Assembly (NCBI GenBank): GCA_949291545.1
Contig: CASEWB010000009.1
Span: 201,874 to 265,873 of the forward strand
Reading direction: 5' to 3'
Source of the DNA: an uncultured bacterium
GTDB lineage: Bacteria; Elusimicrobiota; Elusimicrobia; Elusimicrobiales; Elusimicrobiaceae
Length of the DNA: 64,000 bases
Shown here piece after piece: positions 54,574-64,000 of the stretch. The notes under the pieces were generated by a model, which had not been told where the DNA came from, made no database searches, and worked only from the letters and a program-made list of their open reading frames with translations. The number at the start of each line of letters is the position of its first letter. Within the stretch, counting starts at the first letter, position 1. The position numbers were made by a program, and so were the translations under genes.

Positions 54574-54695
54574 TGTGCTGGTATTATACTAAAAAACAGG
54601 GCTTTTTTCACGCCAGGGGAAAAAACGGTATAAAAAGGAAAGAAGGCCCGCGGCAAAATGCTAAAATATATATAATCCATAATAAGGAAAGAAAA

Positions 54696-55718
54696 ATGAA
54701 TTTTGACTTTGTAAAACAATACATCAAAAACGCCGGCCTGCCCAACTTCCGCATTGCGCAAGTGCAGGAGGCTATTTTCAAAAAGGGCATTTCTTCGTGG
54801 GACGAAGCCACCACACTCCCCGCGCCCCTGCGCGAACAACTGAAAAAAGATTGCCCGCTGCTTAGCTTTGAAGTAACCGAAATTACCTGTTCCAAACACG
54901 ACAAAGTGGCCAAGGCCCTCCTGACGCTTAAGGACGGCTGGTGCATCGAAACTGTTTTGCTAAAGCCGCAGGATTCCTGGAGCGTGTGTGTGTCCAGCCA
55001 GGTGGGCTGCCCGCTGCGCTGTTCGTTTTGCAGTACGGGCAAAATGGGCTTTAAGCGCGATTTGACGCAGGAAGAAATTACCGACCAAGTGCTGATGTGG
55101 TACCAATATATCCGCCGGGAAAAACTGGGCGAGCGGATTTCCAGCGTGGTGTTTATGGGTATGGGCGAGCCGTTGCTAAACTATCTAAACGTTATCAAAG
55201 CGGCCAAGGATTTGTCCAACCCGGATTACTTAAACATCGGCGCGCGCCATATTTCGGTTTCCACGTCCGGCATTGCGGACAAATTGCATAAATTGGCGGT
55301 AGATTTGCCACAAGCCAATTTGGCGGTTTCCTTGCATAATGCCGACAATGCCGAGCGCAGCCAGATTATGCCCGTCAACCGTAAGTTCGATTTGGACGAT
55401 TTGAAAAAAGCACTGGAAGAATACATCGCTATGACGGGGCGGCAAGTGTTTTTGGAATATTCTGTGATAGAAAACGTCAACAGCCGCCCGGAGCATATCC
55501 GCAAACTGGCAGACTGGATTTACAGCATTAAAGACAATTACCTGCTGCACGTTAATTTAATTGCGTGCAACCTGGGCCGCGGCGAAAAGACCGACGACCG
55601 GGTTGTAAAAGATTTTGCCGCCGGCCTAAAAGCCATGGGCATAGGCGTTACTATCCGCAAGAGTATGGGCAACGATATTTTGGCCGCTTGCGGGCAGTTG
55701 GCTTCTCAAAAAAAATAG
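54696..55718 (+). CDS. rlmN: 23S rRNA/tRNA A-C2 methyltransferase RlmN (radical SAM)
   Basis: SSQVGCPLRCSFCSTGKMG, MGMGEPLLN and AACGQL. Start at MNFDFVKQ. Confidence 0.85.
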   Translation: MNFDFVKQYIKNAGLPNFRIAQVQEAIFKKGISSWDEATTLPAPLREQLKKDCPLLSFEVTEITCSKHDKVAKALLTLKDGWCIETVLLKPQDSWSVCVSSQVGCPLRCSFCSTGKMGFKRDLTQEEITDQVLMWYQYIRREKLGERISSVVFMGMGEPLLNYLNVIKAAKDLSNPDYLNIGARHISVSTSGIADKLHKLAVDLPQANLAVSLHNADNAERSQIMPVNRKFDLDDLKKALEEYIAMTGRQVFLEYSVIENVNSRPEHIRKLADWIYSIKDNYLLHVNLIACNLGRGEKTDDRVVKDFAAGLKAMGIGVTIRKSMGNDILAACGQLASQKK

Positions 55719-55726
55719 GAGGACAT

Positions 55727-56164
55727 ATGAAAAAATTTTTAGCTTGGGGTTTGTGCGCCCTATTGGTAACCGGGTGCGCTACATTGGAACAAAGCAATTT
55801 GGATTGGATCCCGATAGGGCCTGATTTCCCGGCCACAAAAGCCAAAAATGTGGAAATTGTAGGCAGCAAGAGCGAGATCACCCGCCCGTATGGCAACTTG
55901 GGGCTTTTGCGTATTAAAAATTTAAAGCCGGACCGCGACGTGCTGAAAATGGGGGTAGAAAAAGGCCGCCGGTTTGTAGCCAGTAAAGGGGCGGACGCGA
56001 TGCTTATTGGCCAATATAACAGCGCCGAAGACGGCGCGACCGACCCGCGCGTGACGTTGATTATCTATGCCATTAAATATGTGGATAATCTGACGGAAGA
56101 AGACGAAAAAGCTATCGAAGATTTTAAAGTATTGGGGATTTTAAATGAATATTCTGGTCGCTAA
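55727..56164 (+). CDS. Lipoprotein, unknown function
   Basis: MKKFLAWGLCALLVTGCA is a lipobox. Start set inside the longer track ORF. Confidence 0.6.
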   Translation: MKKFLAWGLCALLVTGCATLEQSNLDWIPIGPDFPATKAKNVEIVGSKSEITRPYGNLGLLRIKNLKPDRDVLKMGVEKGRRFVASKGADAMLIGQYNSAEDGATDPRVTLIIYAIKYVDNLTEEDEKAIEDFKVLGILNEYSGR

Positions 56165-57938
56165 AAGTATTGCGGAATGTGAACAATGGGAAGATATTGC
56201 CGTGGTGGTGGACGTGCTCCGCACCGCTACGACGGCCTGCGCCCTTTTGCAGCGCGGGAAAAAAGAACTGTTGGTATTTGATGACCCCGCCCGGGCAGAT
56301 GTGTTTTTGCAGACGCATTCCCAGTTTGAAGTATATTCCGACGTGCAGTTGGCGGCCCCGCATAAAGACAACTCCCCTTATTTGGCTTCCAAGGCCGATG
56401 CCCGCACTCCGGCACTTTTAGTCACGCATTGCGGCACCAAAGCGATAATGAACCTGCAAAAGGCTTCTGCCGTATTATTGGGGGGATTTTGCAATTTTGA
56501 CGCCTTGGCCGATGCCTTAAGCGGACAAACCAAAGATGTCCTGCTGATTCCGGCTGCGCTGTATGGCACGTCGGACGATGTAGAAGACGGCCTGTGCGTG
56601 GCGGCGCTAAAAGACTATATCCAAGGTGTGGGCAAGCCGCAAAACGCTATTATGGAATTCCATAATACGATGCGGTATGTGGAATTTACCAAGCAAGGTC
56701 CCAAAACTGCGGATAAAGATGCCAAATTGGCTTTTAAATTAAACAGCTTGCCCGTTCTTGCGCAGGTAAGCTTTTCTAAAGACGGTTTTGGCGTATGCCA
56801 CTTGGCAGGGCAAGCGGCCCCGGCCCAATGGTTGGGAAGCACTGCGGCCGCTGCCGAACCGGCCTCAATGCCCGCTATGCCGGAAGCCCCTGCGGACCCT
56901 GTGTCCGAAGAAACCCCGGACAACCAACCCGTGCAGCAAGCGGCGCTGAAAACTTCCGCCTCTACCCGCATTAAAAGCCTGTTTAGTGATATTTTAAAAG
57001 TGGTAAAAGAAGAAAAAGCCGAGTTGGAACAAGACGCCGCTGCCTTGATGCACAAAAACGGCAAACCAACCGCTGCCACGGCGGAAGAGGAACCCCAGTC
57101 GGAAGATTTGCTGGATTCGGTATTAAAAAAATCCGCCAAGGAAAGCCACCCGCAGCCGGCCGCTCCGGCGCGTGCGCCGCAGCAAGCTGAGCCGGAAACC
57201 CCGGCCTTGCAAGAAGACAAAGCCAGCGTAACGCTTTCTAAACCGCTTGCTTCGTCTGGAGCTGACCGGAAGAAAAAAGCGATTGTGCTTTTTTCGGGCG
57301 GATTGGATTCTACCACTTGTTTGTATTGGGCGCTGGCGCACGGATATACTTGCGAAGCGCTGACTGTATCCTACGGGCAGCGGCACGACCGTGAAGTACT
57401 GGCCGCGCAAATGATTGCCCGCAATTTGGGAGTAAAGCACCACCTGATTACGCTTAATTTGCCGTGGCTGGAATGCTGCTCTTTGGTGGACAAAAACAAA
57501 ACCCTGCCGGATATAGCGGTGGAAGCTATCCCGCACGAGGGGATTCCCTCTACCTATGTACCGGGGCGGAATTTGATGTTTTTGTCTATTGCGGGGTCGT
57601 TGCTTGACGCCGTAGGCGCCGATGCTATTATTGCTGGGCCGAACGCGGTGGATTTTTCGGGATATCCGGATTGTACGCCTGCGTTTTTCAAAGCCGCCGC
57701 CGAAGCCTTAAACCGCGGTACCAAAACCGGCGTAAGCGAAGGAATTGAAGTGCTGGCCCCGTTGATGCGGTTGTCCAAGGCGCAGATTGTCAAGCTGGGT
57801 GCCCAATTAAAAGTGCCGTTTGAGCTGACCTGGAGCTGCTACGCCGGCGGCAAGAAACCGTGCGGCCATTGCGACTCCTGCAAACTGCGCGCCAAAGGCT
57901 TTGCCGAAGCGGGTGTGCACGATACGGCTTTGGACTGA
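56145..57938 (+). CDS. queC: Fusion: ComB-like (2-phosphosulfolactate phosphatase family) N-domain + low-complexity linker + 7-cyano-7-deazaguanine synthase QueC
   Basis: The N-domain has VVVDVLRTATTACALLQRG. The linker is Ala/Pro/Glu/Gln-rich over ~150 aa. The C-domain has KKAIVLFSGGLDSTTCLYWA, SYGQRH and CGHCDSCKLR. Confidence 0.75.
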   Translation: MNILVAKSIAECEQWEDIAVVVDVLRTATTACALLQRGKKELLVFDDPARADVFLQTHSQFEVYSDVQLAAPHKDNSPYLASKADARTPALLVTHCGTKAIMNLQKASAVLLGGFCNFDALADALSGQTKDVLLIPAALYGTSDDVEDGLCVAALKDYIQGVGKPQNAIMEFHNTMRYVEFTKQGPKTADKDAKLAFKLNSLPVLAQVSFSKDGFGVCHLAGQAAPAQWLGSTAAAAEPASMPAMPEAPADPVSEETPDNQPVQQAALKTSASTRIKSLFSDILKVVKEEKAELEQDAAALMHKNGKPTAATAEEEPQSEDLLDSVLKKSAKESHPQPAAPARAPQQAEPETPALQEDKASVTLSKPLASSGADRKKKAIVLFSGGLDSTTCLYWALAHGYTCEALTVSYGQRHDREVLAAQMIARNLGVKHHLITLNLPWLECCSLVDKNKTLPDIAVEAIPHEGIPSTYVPGRNLMFLSIAGSLLDAVGADAIIAGPNAVDFSGYPDCTPAFFKAAAEALNRGTKTGVSEGIEVLAPLMRLSKAQIVKLGAQLKVPFELTWSCYAGGKKPCGHCDSCKLRAKGFAEAGVHDTALD

Positions 57939-57939
57939 T

Positions 57940-58275
57940 ATGTGGAAGTATTATTTGTTCCTGGCCGGAGCCATCGTGTGCGAAATTGCCGGAACCAGCG
58001 CTTTGAAAGCTTCGCGCGGGTTTACGGTGCCCGCGTGGGCGGTGCTCACCGCGGCGGCCTATGGTTGTTCTTTTTGGTTGTTGGGGCTTACGCTTAAGGG
58101 AATGTCTTTAGGGGTAGCCTATGCCATTTGGGCCGGGGTAGGTATGGTGCTGACGGCTTTGGTGGGGATGGTGGTTTTTAAAGAACGGCCGGACTTGCCG
58201 GCTTTATTAGGGATAGGTTTAATTTTAATTGGGGTAGCTGTTATTCATTTATTTTCTAAAACAGTATCACATTAA
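57940..58275 (+). CDS. SMR-family small multidrug/quaternary-cation transporter
   Basis: 111 aa with 4 TM segments. AIVCEIAGTSALKAS contains the essential membrane Glu. Confidence 0.8.
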   Translation: MWKYYLFLAGAIVCEIAGTSALKASRGFTVPAWAVLTAAAYGCSFWLLGLTLKGMSLGVAYAIWAGVGMVLTALVGMVVFKERPDLPALLGIGLILIGVAVIHLFSKTVSH

Positions 58276-58286
58276 AAGGAGAATGT

Positions 58287-58781
58287 ATGAAAAAACTTAT
58301 TTTAACGTTACTGTTATGTGGGGTAGGCAGTATGGCTTTGGCTGCGGATTCTTCCGCCGGTGCCGTATCAAAAACGGACGTTCAAACGCCTGCGGCCGAA
58401 GCGGCTGAAAAGCCCGCCAAAAAAATGACGCGCGCAGAACAGAAAAAAGCTTTTGAGGCCCGCCGCAAACTGGTTAAGAAACTGGTTAAACAATACCGCA
58501 AAGCTTCCGACGAGCAAAAGCCTGCAATCAAGGCCCAGCTGACGGAGGTGGTGTCCGAAAGTGTAGACGCCAATTTGGCCTACATCAAAGAACGCATTGC
58601 GGCGGAACGTGCCAATTTGGATAATTGGGAAAAGAAAATACAAGAAAGCGAAAAGGACTTGGACGCTGTAAAAGCGCGCCGGGTGGAGGATTTGCTCTCC
58701 GGCGAAGCCAAACGCCAACATAAAGCCGCCCAAAAAGAATGGAAAAAGCAGATGAAAGAAGCGGAAAAACAAATGCAATAA
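58287..58781 (+). CDS. Secreted Lys/Glu-rich coiled-coil protein
   Basis: 164 aa with a signal peptide and a highly charged helical sequence. Confidence 0.5.
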   Translation: MKKLILTLLLCGVGSMALAADSSAGAVSKTDVQTPAAEAAEKPAKKMTRAEQKKAFEARRKLVKKLVKQYRKASDEQKPAIKAQLTEVVSESVDANLAYIKERIAAERANLDNWEKKIQESEKDLDAVKARRVEDLLSGEAKRQHKAAQKEWKKQMKEAEKQMQ

Positions 58782-58797
58782 CTTTTATAGCTCTTCT

Positions 58798-58829
58798 AAA
58801 AAAGCCCGGCTTAGCAGCCGGGCTTTTTG
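58798..58829. terminator. Bidirectional terminator
   Basis: aaaaaagcccggc-ttagca-gccgggcttttt lies between convergent genes. Confidence 0.8.
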
Positions 58830-58844
58830 CTTTGGCTTCAAAAG

Positions 58845-59255
58845 TTAATTAAACAGCCCGGAAGATTCCAGTGCATTTAAAGCTTTGGTAATATCGTTTA
58901 CCACAATAATCCAACGGGTGTCCGAGCCGGCCCCGGCGGTGCCGTAAATGGTGGTAATGTTAATGCCGTGGCCCGAAAGTACTGCCCCAATATCCCGCAC
59001 CAGCCCTACGCGGTTGGGCGCGTCCAAACAAATGGCATCTGTCTTGACGCTGGTAAAGCCGGCCTTGGTCAGCGCGTGGCTGATTTCTTCGTCGTATTTA
59101 ACGGCTAAGCGCACCACGGCTGCGTCGTAGCGTACGTCCTGCGAGATGGCAATCACGTCCACATTCTCGCGCACGAACAGCTCGGCGAAATTTTTCAGCG
59201 CGCCTGGTTCATTAATCAAGAACACGCTGTATTGTTTCACTACACTAATAGCCAT
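58845..59255 (-). CDS. ACT-domain protein (tandem ACT)
   Basis: 136 aa. YSVFLINEPGALKNFAELF and LDAPNRVGLVRDIGAVL are typical ACT beta-alpha starts. Confidence 0.6.
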   Translation of the reverse strand: MAISVVKQYSVFLINEPGALKNFAELFVRENVDVIAISQDVRYDAAVVRLAVKYDEEISHALTKAGFTSVKTDAICLDAPNRVGLVRDIGAVLSGHGINITTIYGTAGAGSDTRWIIVVNDITKALNALESSGLFN

Positions 59256-59355
59256 TCAAACCCCTTTACAACAAAGTTCCTACTAAAATTATATCAAACT
59301 GCCGCGCTTGGCAAACGTAAAAAGCCGGGCTGTTTGGCTGCCGGCCTTGCGCCGC

Positions 59356-60147
59356 CTAAGGCTGAGGGTCTGTCTTGCGCAGGACAGCAAGCATTTGGGA
59401 ATGGATTTTGCCGTTACTGGCCACCAGGGTGCGGCCGTAGGCGGAAATATTTTTGTATTTTTTCCCGCTGAAATCCGTCACTTTCCCGCCGGCTTCCTGC
59501 AAAATAAGCACGCCCGCGCTTACGTCCCACGGGTTTAAAGCGTCTTCCCAGTAGCCATCCGCCCGTCCAGCCGCCAGCCAGCACAAATCCAACGCGGCTG
59601 AACCCAGCCGGCGCACATCGTGGCAGGCGTTTAAAAAAGAACCAAAACGGTTAAGCAGCTGCGGCATACGCGTAAAACGGTCGTAAGGAAACCCGGTTAT
59701 GAGGAGGGATTGTTCCAAGCGGGGGGTTTTAGAAACGTGAATTTTCTTTCCGTTTAGCGTAGCGCCCTTGCCTTTTTGCGCCAAAAAAGTTTCTCCGGTG
59801 GCGGGGTTTACTACGCCGCCCAGTACCGGTTCGTTTTTGTAAAACAGCGCAATGGAAACCGAACATTGCGGAAAGGTATGGGCAAAATTGGTGGTGCCGT
59901 CTATGGGATCAATTACCCAAGTATAGTCTGCGCCGGTTTGCTTGGTGCCGTTTTCTTCGGCCAGGTAGTCGTGTCCCGGAAAGTTTTTGCGGATAATGGA
60001 CAAGATTGCTTTTTGACTGGCTACGTCGGCCTTAGTGACCAGGTTGGCCTTGCCTTTCAGTTCGTAGCCTACTTTGCCAAAGTGGCGGCGCACAACGCGC
60101 GCGGCCGTTTGCAGGCATTCTTGCAGGACGGCAAATTCTTTTTTCAT
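59356..60147 (-). CDS. suhB: Inositol monophosphatase family protein
   Basis: YLAEENG, WVIDPIDGTTNF and WDVSAG. Confidence 0.8.
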   Translation of the reverse strand: MKKEFAVLQECLQTAARVVRRHFGKVGYELKGKANLVTKADVASQKAILSIIRKNFPGHDYLAEENGTKQTGADYTWVIDPIDGTTNFAHTFPQCSVSIALFYKNEPVLGGVVNPATGETFLAQKGKGATLNGKKIHVSKTPRLEQSLLITGFPYDRFTRMPQLLNRFGSFLNACHDVRRLGSAALDLCWLAAGRADGYWEDALNPWDVSAGVLILQEAGGKVTDFSGKKYKNISAYGRTLVASNGKIHSQMLAVLRKTDPQP

Positions 60148-61634
60148 TTTTTAAACTCCAGCACTTCGGCGGCTTTAAGTTTGTTTTCCAAGTCCAGCAT
60201 AGCTTTGCAGTCGTCTTCGTTATACATCAATACTTTGGAAAGCAGTTCGTCATTGCCGGTTTTTAGCCAGTTGGTAAAATAAACCATACTGTCCATAGCG
60301 CCGCAGTCGTCCTGGCGCCAGTTGAACCCAAAGGCGGGCGCGGCGGCTTTCAGCGAAAAGCTGGGCGCGGGCAGATAAAATTGTTTATTGACGGCTACTT
60401 TTAAGTCGTAGCAAATGGAACACAAAGCTTTTAGTTTTGCCTCGTCCTGCGGGTTTTTGGCGGCGAGGTTTTTCATCTTTTTTACCTCGTATTCCGTCCA
60501 ATGGTACAGGGCTGTGTCGGAAAAATCCTGGATATAATCGTAAAATTGTTCAAAGATTTTGATTTCTTCTTCCGGCGTTTTGGCCACAAAACTGACGTAT
60601 TTGTTTTGTTCTTTGTCCCAGATTCCAATCAGGTAGACAAAGGAAACATTGTCCTTGGTAAAGGTTTCGGTGGCTTCAAAGTCAAAGTACAGATTGTATT
60701 TTTTTACGGGCGGCGGAAAGTGCCCCGCTTCGCGCAGGACGGGTTTATGATGCAGATAGGCCAGCGCATTATAATAGGAATCGGTGGCGTGGGGCTCTTC
60801 TAAAATCCCGCGCAGTTTTTCCAATCCGGCGTGTGCTACCTCGTCCGTTGTATAGATACCATTTATTTTTAAGCACTGGCGCATTTCGGTATTCAGGCCG
60901 GGGAGCATCAGCAAATCTTTGCTTTCGGCCACGGCTTTATTGGCGTATATGCGCCAGGGGGAAGCAGCCGCCTTGGGCGGTTTGTGCGCTTCGGGCTTGG
61001 CCTGGCCGTCGCGTATCGCGCACCAAAAGGCCAATTCCCGCTCCAGGCGGGATTGATGGTCCGTATACAAAACGTCCAAGGTACGGTCCTTTAAAAACAC
61101 GCGCGTGCTGGCCGGGGTATACCGTTGGGCCTTGCCCAACATATGGTTCAGCAAGCACACTTGCAGGGCATAGTGTTCCTTTAAATCGTGGGCGCGCTTA
61201 AATTGATAAATATGGTAATGAAAAGGGCCAAACGCACTGGGGGCCGCGTCCGAGCGTACCAGCAGGTTTACGCTGCCATAGGTGCTTTCGGGCAGGTTCC
61301 ACAACAGCCCGTTGGCAATAGCGCTTTCCCCTTTGGCCATAGCAGACAACGTATTTTTAAAACGTTCGGATTCGCTTTCGCCCGATACAAATACCACGCC
61401 GGGAAATTCGTTTTTTATCCACTGGTCGCGGGTGCTGCGGTCGGTACGGATTTTTAAATTTTCGTATCGGTTGGGTTCCGGCACGGCGGCTTCTTTGGGG
61501 GCGTGGAAAGAACACCAGATGCTAAACGGGTCCTCCAGCAGGGAAAACATTTTGGAAGCGTTAAAATCTTGTTTGCCGGGCGTGCGTCCGGCGGAAAGGG
61601 TATCAAATAAAGCTTGTATTTCGTTGTCTGTCAT
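60144..61634 (-). CDS. TM0106-type RecB-like nuclease with C-terminal RNase-H-like exonuclease domain (tentative)
   Basis: 496 aa. The C-terminal part has YFDFEAT...YLIGIW...YHWTEYE...YNEDDCKAM, a DEDD-like pattern. Confidence 0.5.
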   Translation of the reverse strand: MTDNEIQALFDTLSAGRTPGKQDFNASKMFSLLEDPFSIWCSFHAPKEAAVPEPNRYENLKIRTDRSTRDQWIKNEFPGVVFVSGESESERFKNTLSAMAKGESAIANGLLWNLPESTYGSVNLLVRSDAAPSAFGPFHYHIYQFKRAHDLKEHYALQVCLLNHMLGKAQRYTPASTRVFLKDRTLDVLYTDHQSRLERELAFWCAIRDGQAKPEAHKPPKAAASPWRIYANKAVAESKDLLMLPGLNTEMRQCLKINGIYTTDEVAHAGLEKLRGILEEPHATDSYYNALAYLHHKPVLREAGHFPPPVKKYNLYFDFEATETFTKDNVSFVYLIGIWDKEQNKYVSFVAKTPEEEIKIFEQFYDYIQDFSDTALYHWTEYEVKKMKNLAAKNPQDEAKLKALCSICYDLKVAVNKQFYLPAPSFSLKAAAPAFGFNWRQDDCGAMDSMVYFTNWLKTGNDELLSKVLMYNEDDCKAMLDLENKLKAAEVLEFKK

Positions 61635-61728
61635 TATAAATATTTTAGCTTTTTTACCCGGGGAATAAAAGGTGTTTGGCGGCTTGCCAGGGTTGCGGGT
61701 TATTTGCTACCATAAAAAATTGTAGAGT

Positions 61729-62196
61729 ATGTCACAAAACGAACAAACTAAAATGAGCCTGGGGCGGTTGATTGCGCCGTCGCGTGTGTTGGTGGCGGAT
61801 AAGTACCCGGGCAAAAAAGAATTAATCGAGGCATTGGTTCAGGCCGTTTGCCGGGATTACCCGCAGCTGGACCCTGCTTATGTAGCCTCCCAGGTGCTAA
61901 AGCGCGAAGAAGGCATCAGCACTACGCTGGATACGGGGTTGGCTATTCCGCATGCGCGCTTGGAGGAATTGACCGATTTTGCCGCGGCGGTGGCTGTTTT
62001 GCGCCAACCGCTGGCCGGGGAAAACGAATTGCCTATCCGGGTGATGTTTTTGTTCCTTTCGCCCGCCAAGCCGACTTTCTTCCAGCAGCATTTGCAAATT
62101 CTTTCCGCGCTGGCAGAAACATTCAAGCCCGAATTTATTGAAGAATTGGTTTCCCTCCAGGACTCCCGGGAAATCGCCGCGCGTTTGGTGCGCTAG
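61729..62196 (+). CDS. PTS EIIA(Ntr/Fru)-type domain protein (PtsN-like)
   Basis: REEGISTTLDTGLAIPHARL contains the phospho-His context. Confidence 0.7.
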   Translation: MSQNEQTKMSLGRLIAPSRVLVADKYPGKKELIEALVQAVCRDYPQLDPAYVASQVLKREEGISTTLDTGLAIPHARLEELTDFAAAVAVLRQPLAGENELPIRVMFLFLSPAKPTFFQQHLQILSALAETFKPEFIEELVSLQDSREIAARLVR

Positions 62197-62204
62197 CTGG
62201 TTGC

Positions 62205-64000
62205 ATGAAAAACGCTTCTGAAACGTCTGCCGGTTTATCCCGCGTGAAAAAGGTGGTCGTACTGACGACCGCTATGCTTACCTTTATTCCCTTTTGGAAA
62301 GCCGCCGCCGTAGTGCTGTGCGATTTTGGTTCCAGCGCTTTTTATGCGGGCGGCATAGCCATGCGCGCCTTTGGGCCGGCGTTCCCGTGGTATATTTTGG
62401 CGGTGATGTTGTTTTCCGGCCTGCTTTTAATGCTGGAGCTGGAGGCGTGTTCGTTGTTTGTGCGCGGGGGAGCGTATAAAATCGTGCGTGAAGGGCTGGG
62501 CGATACGGCCGCCAAGCTGGCAGCCTCTGCCTTGATTTTTGACTTCATTTTAACGGGCCCTATCAGCGCCGTGACGGCGGGGCATTATTTGTGCGGGTTA
62601 ATCAATTCTTTTTTGGAACTGGCCGGATTTGGCCTAGAACTGCCAGAGAGCGTAGTGTCGGTGGCGTTTGGTATGTTGGTCACCTTGTATTTCTGGCGGC
62701 AAAACGTAAAAGGGATAGAAGAATCCAGCTCCAAGAGCGCTAAAATTATTGCATTTTCTTTAGCGGTATGTTTTTTGTTGGCCATTTGGTCTTTTATTAC
62801 AATTGCCCTGCACGGTGCACATCTGCCGCCGACCGAGCTGCATTTTTCGCGCGAGGCGCTGGGCTGGGCCGGGCATATCGATTGGATGCAAACCATCGGT
62901 TTAGTGGGGATGATTATGGCGTTTGGGCACAGCGTGTTGGCGCTCTCGGGCATCGAAACGCTTTCGCAAGTGTACCGGGAAATTGAATATCCCAAAGCGA
63001 TTAACCTTAAAAAAGCCGCGTGGCTGATTTTTGGCTTTGCCCTGTTGTTTACGGGCGGGCTGACGTTTTTATCCGCGGTGATTATTCCGCCCGATTTGAT
63101 TGCTACCAAATACTATGATAACTTGCTTTCCGGTTTGGCGATGAGCTTGGCGGGACCGAACTTTTTAAAATTGCTGATGCAGGCGATGATTGTGGTGTGC
63201 GGCGTGGCGATGCTTTCGGGCGCGGTGAATACCTCGCTTATCGGTTCCAACGCGTTGATGAACCGCATTGCCGAAGACGGTATTTTGACGGATTGGTTCC
63301 GCAAAATCCACCGCCGCTATGGCACCACTTACCATATTATCCATTTAATAGCCGCTGTGCAGCTGGTAGTGATTTTGCTCTCCCGCGGCAATGTGTATTT
63401 GCTGGGCGAGGCGTATGCCTTTGGGGTGATGTGGTGCTTTGTGTTTGAAGTGTCGGCCATTATCCGCCTGCGTTGGAAGAAAGCCGCCCAAAAGCGCGAT
63501 TTTATGTTCCCGCTGAATATCAAATACGAAAATTATTATATTCCCGTGGGACTGATTTTATTGTGCGGCGCTTTGCTGACGGTGGCGTTAGTCAATTTGA
63601 CCACCAAGCAAGTGGCCACGGTGGCCGGGTTGGGCTTTACGGCGTTTTTGTTTGCGGTGTTTTCCTTGTCGGAGCGGTTAAACGCCAAACGGGCCAACAC
63701 AATGTTTGAAGAAGGCTACCGCGAACGCATCAATGCCGAAACCGTGGACGATTTAAAAGAAGCCTTTGCCGATTTGGATCGCCCGCACCGTATTTTGGTG
63801 GCGGTAAAGGACCCGGAAAACTTGTACCATTTGGAAGAAGTGCTAAGTAACGTAAATGCCGATGATACCGACGTGATTGTGTTGTATTGCAAGCCAGTGG
63901 AAAACGTGCTCTACCGCCAAGATATGCGTTCGGCCGCGGTGGACGAGCAGGAAGTGTTTACGGCGGTAATTTTTATGGCGGAAAAATACGGTTTGCCCGT
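62205..64000 (+). CDS. APC-superfamily amino-acid permease with C-terminal USP-like domain (3' end outside window)
   Basis: Not in the ORF track because it is open at the window edge. My translation from ATG 62205 gives MKNASETSAGLSRVKK..., then about 12 hydrophobic segments, then RILVAVKDPENLYHLEEVL. Confidence 0.7.
   Translation, partial: MKNASETSAGLSRVKKVVVLTTAMLTFIPFWKAAAVVLCDFGSSAFYAGGIAMRAFGPAFPWYILAVMLFSGLLLMLELEACSLFVRGGAYKIVREGLGDTAAKLAASALIFDFILTGPISAVTAGHYLCGLINSFLELAGFGLELPESVVSVAFGMLVTLYFWRQNVKGIEESSSKSAKIIAFSLAVCFLLAIWSFITIALHGAHLPPTELHFSREALGWAGHIDWMQTIGLVGMIMAFGHSVLALSGIETLSQVYREIEYPKAINLKKAAWLIFGFALLFTGGLTFLSAVIIPPDLIATKYYDNLLSGLAMSLAGPNFLKLLMQAMIVVCGVAMLSGAVNTSLIGSNALMNRIAEDGILTDWFRKIHRRYGTTYHIIHLIAAVQLVVILLSRGNVYLLGEAYAFGVMWCFVFEVSAIIRLRWKKAAQKRDFMFPLNIKYENYYIPVGLILLCGALLTVALVNLTTKQVATVAGLGFTAFLFAVFSLSERLNAKRANTMFEEGYRERINAETVDDLKEAFADLDRPHRILVAVKDPENLYHLEEVLSNVNADDTDVIVLYCKPVENVLYRQDMRSAAVDEQEVFTAVIFMAEKYGLP

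Noticed and set aside
1-64000. CRISPR arrays, rRNA genes, IS elements with terminal inverted repeats, transposases
   Set aside because: No regularly spaced direct repeats, rRNA-like segments or DDE/Tnp-like ORFs were seen on either strand. The only recombinase is the serine recombinase at 11847-13472.

Overview
This is a 64-kb bacterial chromosomal window. Its content suggests a Gram-negative-type anaerobe: an LPS-heptose enzyme, Lgt, beta-barrel OMPs, a class III RNR and many flavodoxins. All family calls come from motifs I recognise in the translations. No searches were run.

Most of the window is GC-richer housekeeping and redox DNA:
- valS (partial) and gldA
- an ArsR / ArsP-like permease / thioredoxin-like operon
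- two ECF sigma/anti-sigma pairs
- a MerR-controlled flavodoxin / DUF4405-like / cupin / CMD cluster driven by two 19-bp-spacer MerR-type promoters
- an MFS pump, a HAD hydrolase, an Fe-ADH, a sulfatase-family transferase, a Pif1/RecD-like helicase, zupT and an M29 aminopeptidase
- nrdD-nrdG, accB-like/accC, a heptose adenylyltransferase, an alpha-oxoamine synthase and a GNAT-like protein
- the rluD-lgt-MBL-ftsB-eno-PGM block and rlmN
- a ComB-like::QueC fusion, an SMR pump, suhB, a TM0106-type nuclease, a PTS-EIIA-like protein and an APC permease (partial)

The stand-out is a visibly AT-rich island of about 13.4 kb (about 3.79-17.17 kb) next to tRNA-Ser(GGA). It carries:
- (i) a translationally coupled three-gene cassette: a Cap4/DUF4297-like nuclease, a miniature Rad50/SMC-like ABC ATPase with a CxxC hook, and an unknown protein. 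It is Lamassu-like but atypical.
- (ii) a ParB::DNA-methyltransferase fusion plus a DUF5681-like protein
- (iii) a PD-(D/E)XK nuclease coupled to a WYL regulator
- (iv) DUF2924 plus a large serine recombinase
- (v) two tandem proteins made only of the DnaB C-terminal domain, the first with a destroyed P-loop
- (vi) a convergent HNH endonuclease plus a small nuclease-like protein

A conserved leader motif, AAAACGACC-N7-GTCG, occurs three times and only inside the island.

Other notable items:
- a class III RNR whose glycyl-radical domain is a separate 66-codon ORF
- a frameshifted permease
- an orphan terminator-bounded non-coding unit
- an AccB-like protein without the AMKM biotinylation motif

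No rRNA genes or CRISPR arrays were seen.
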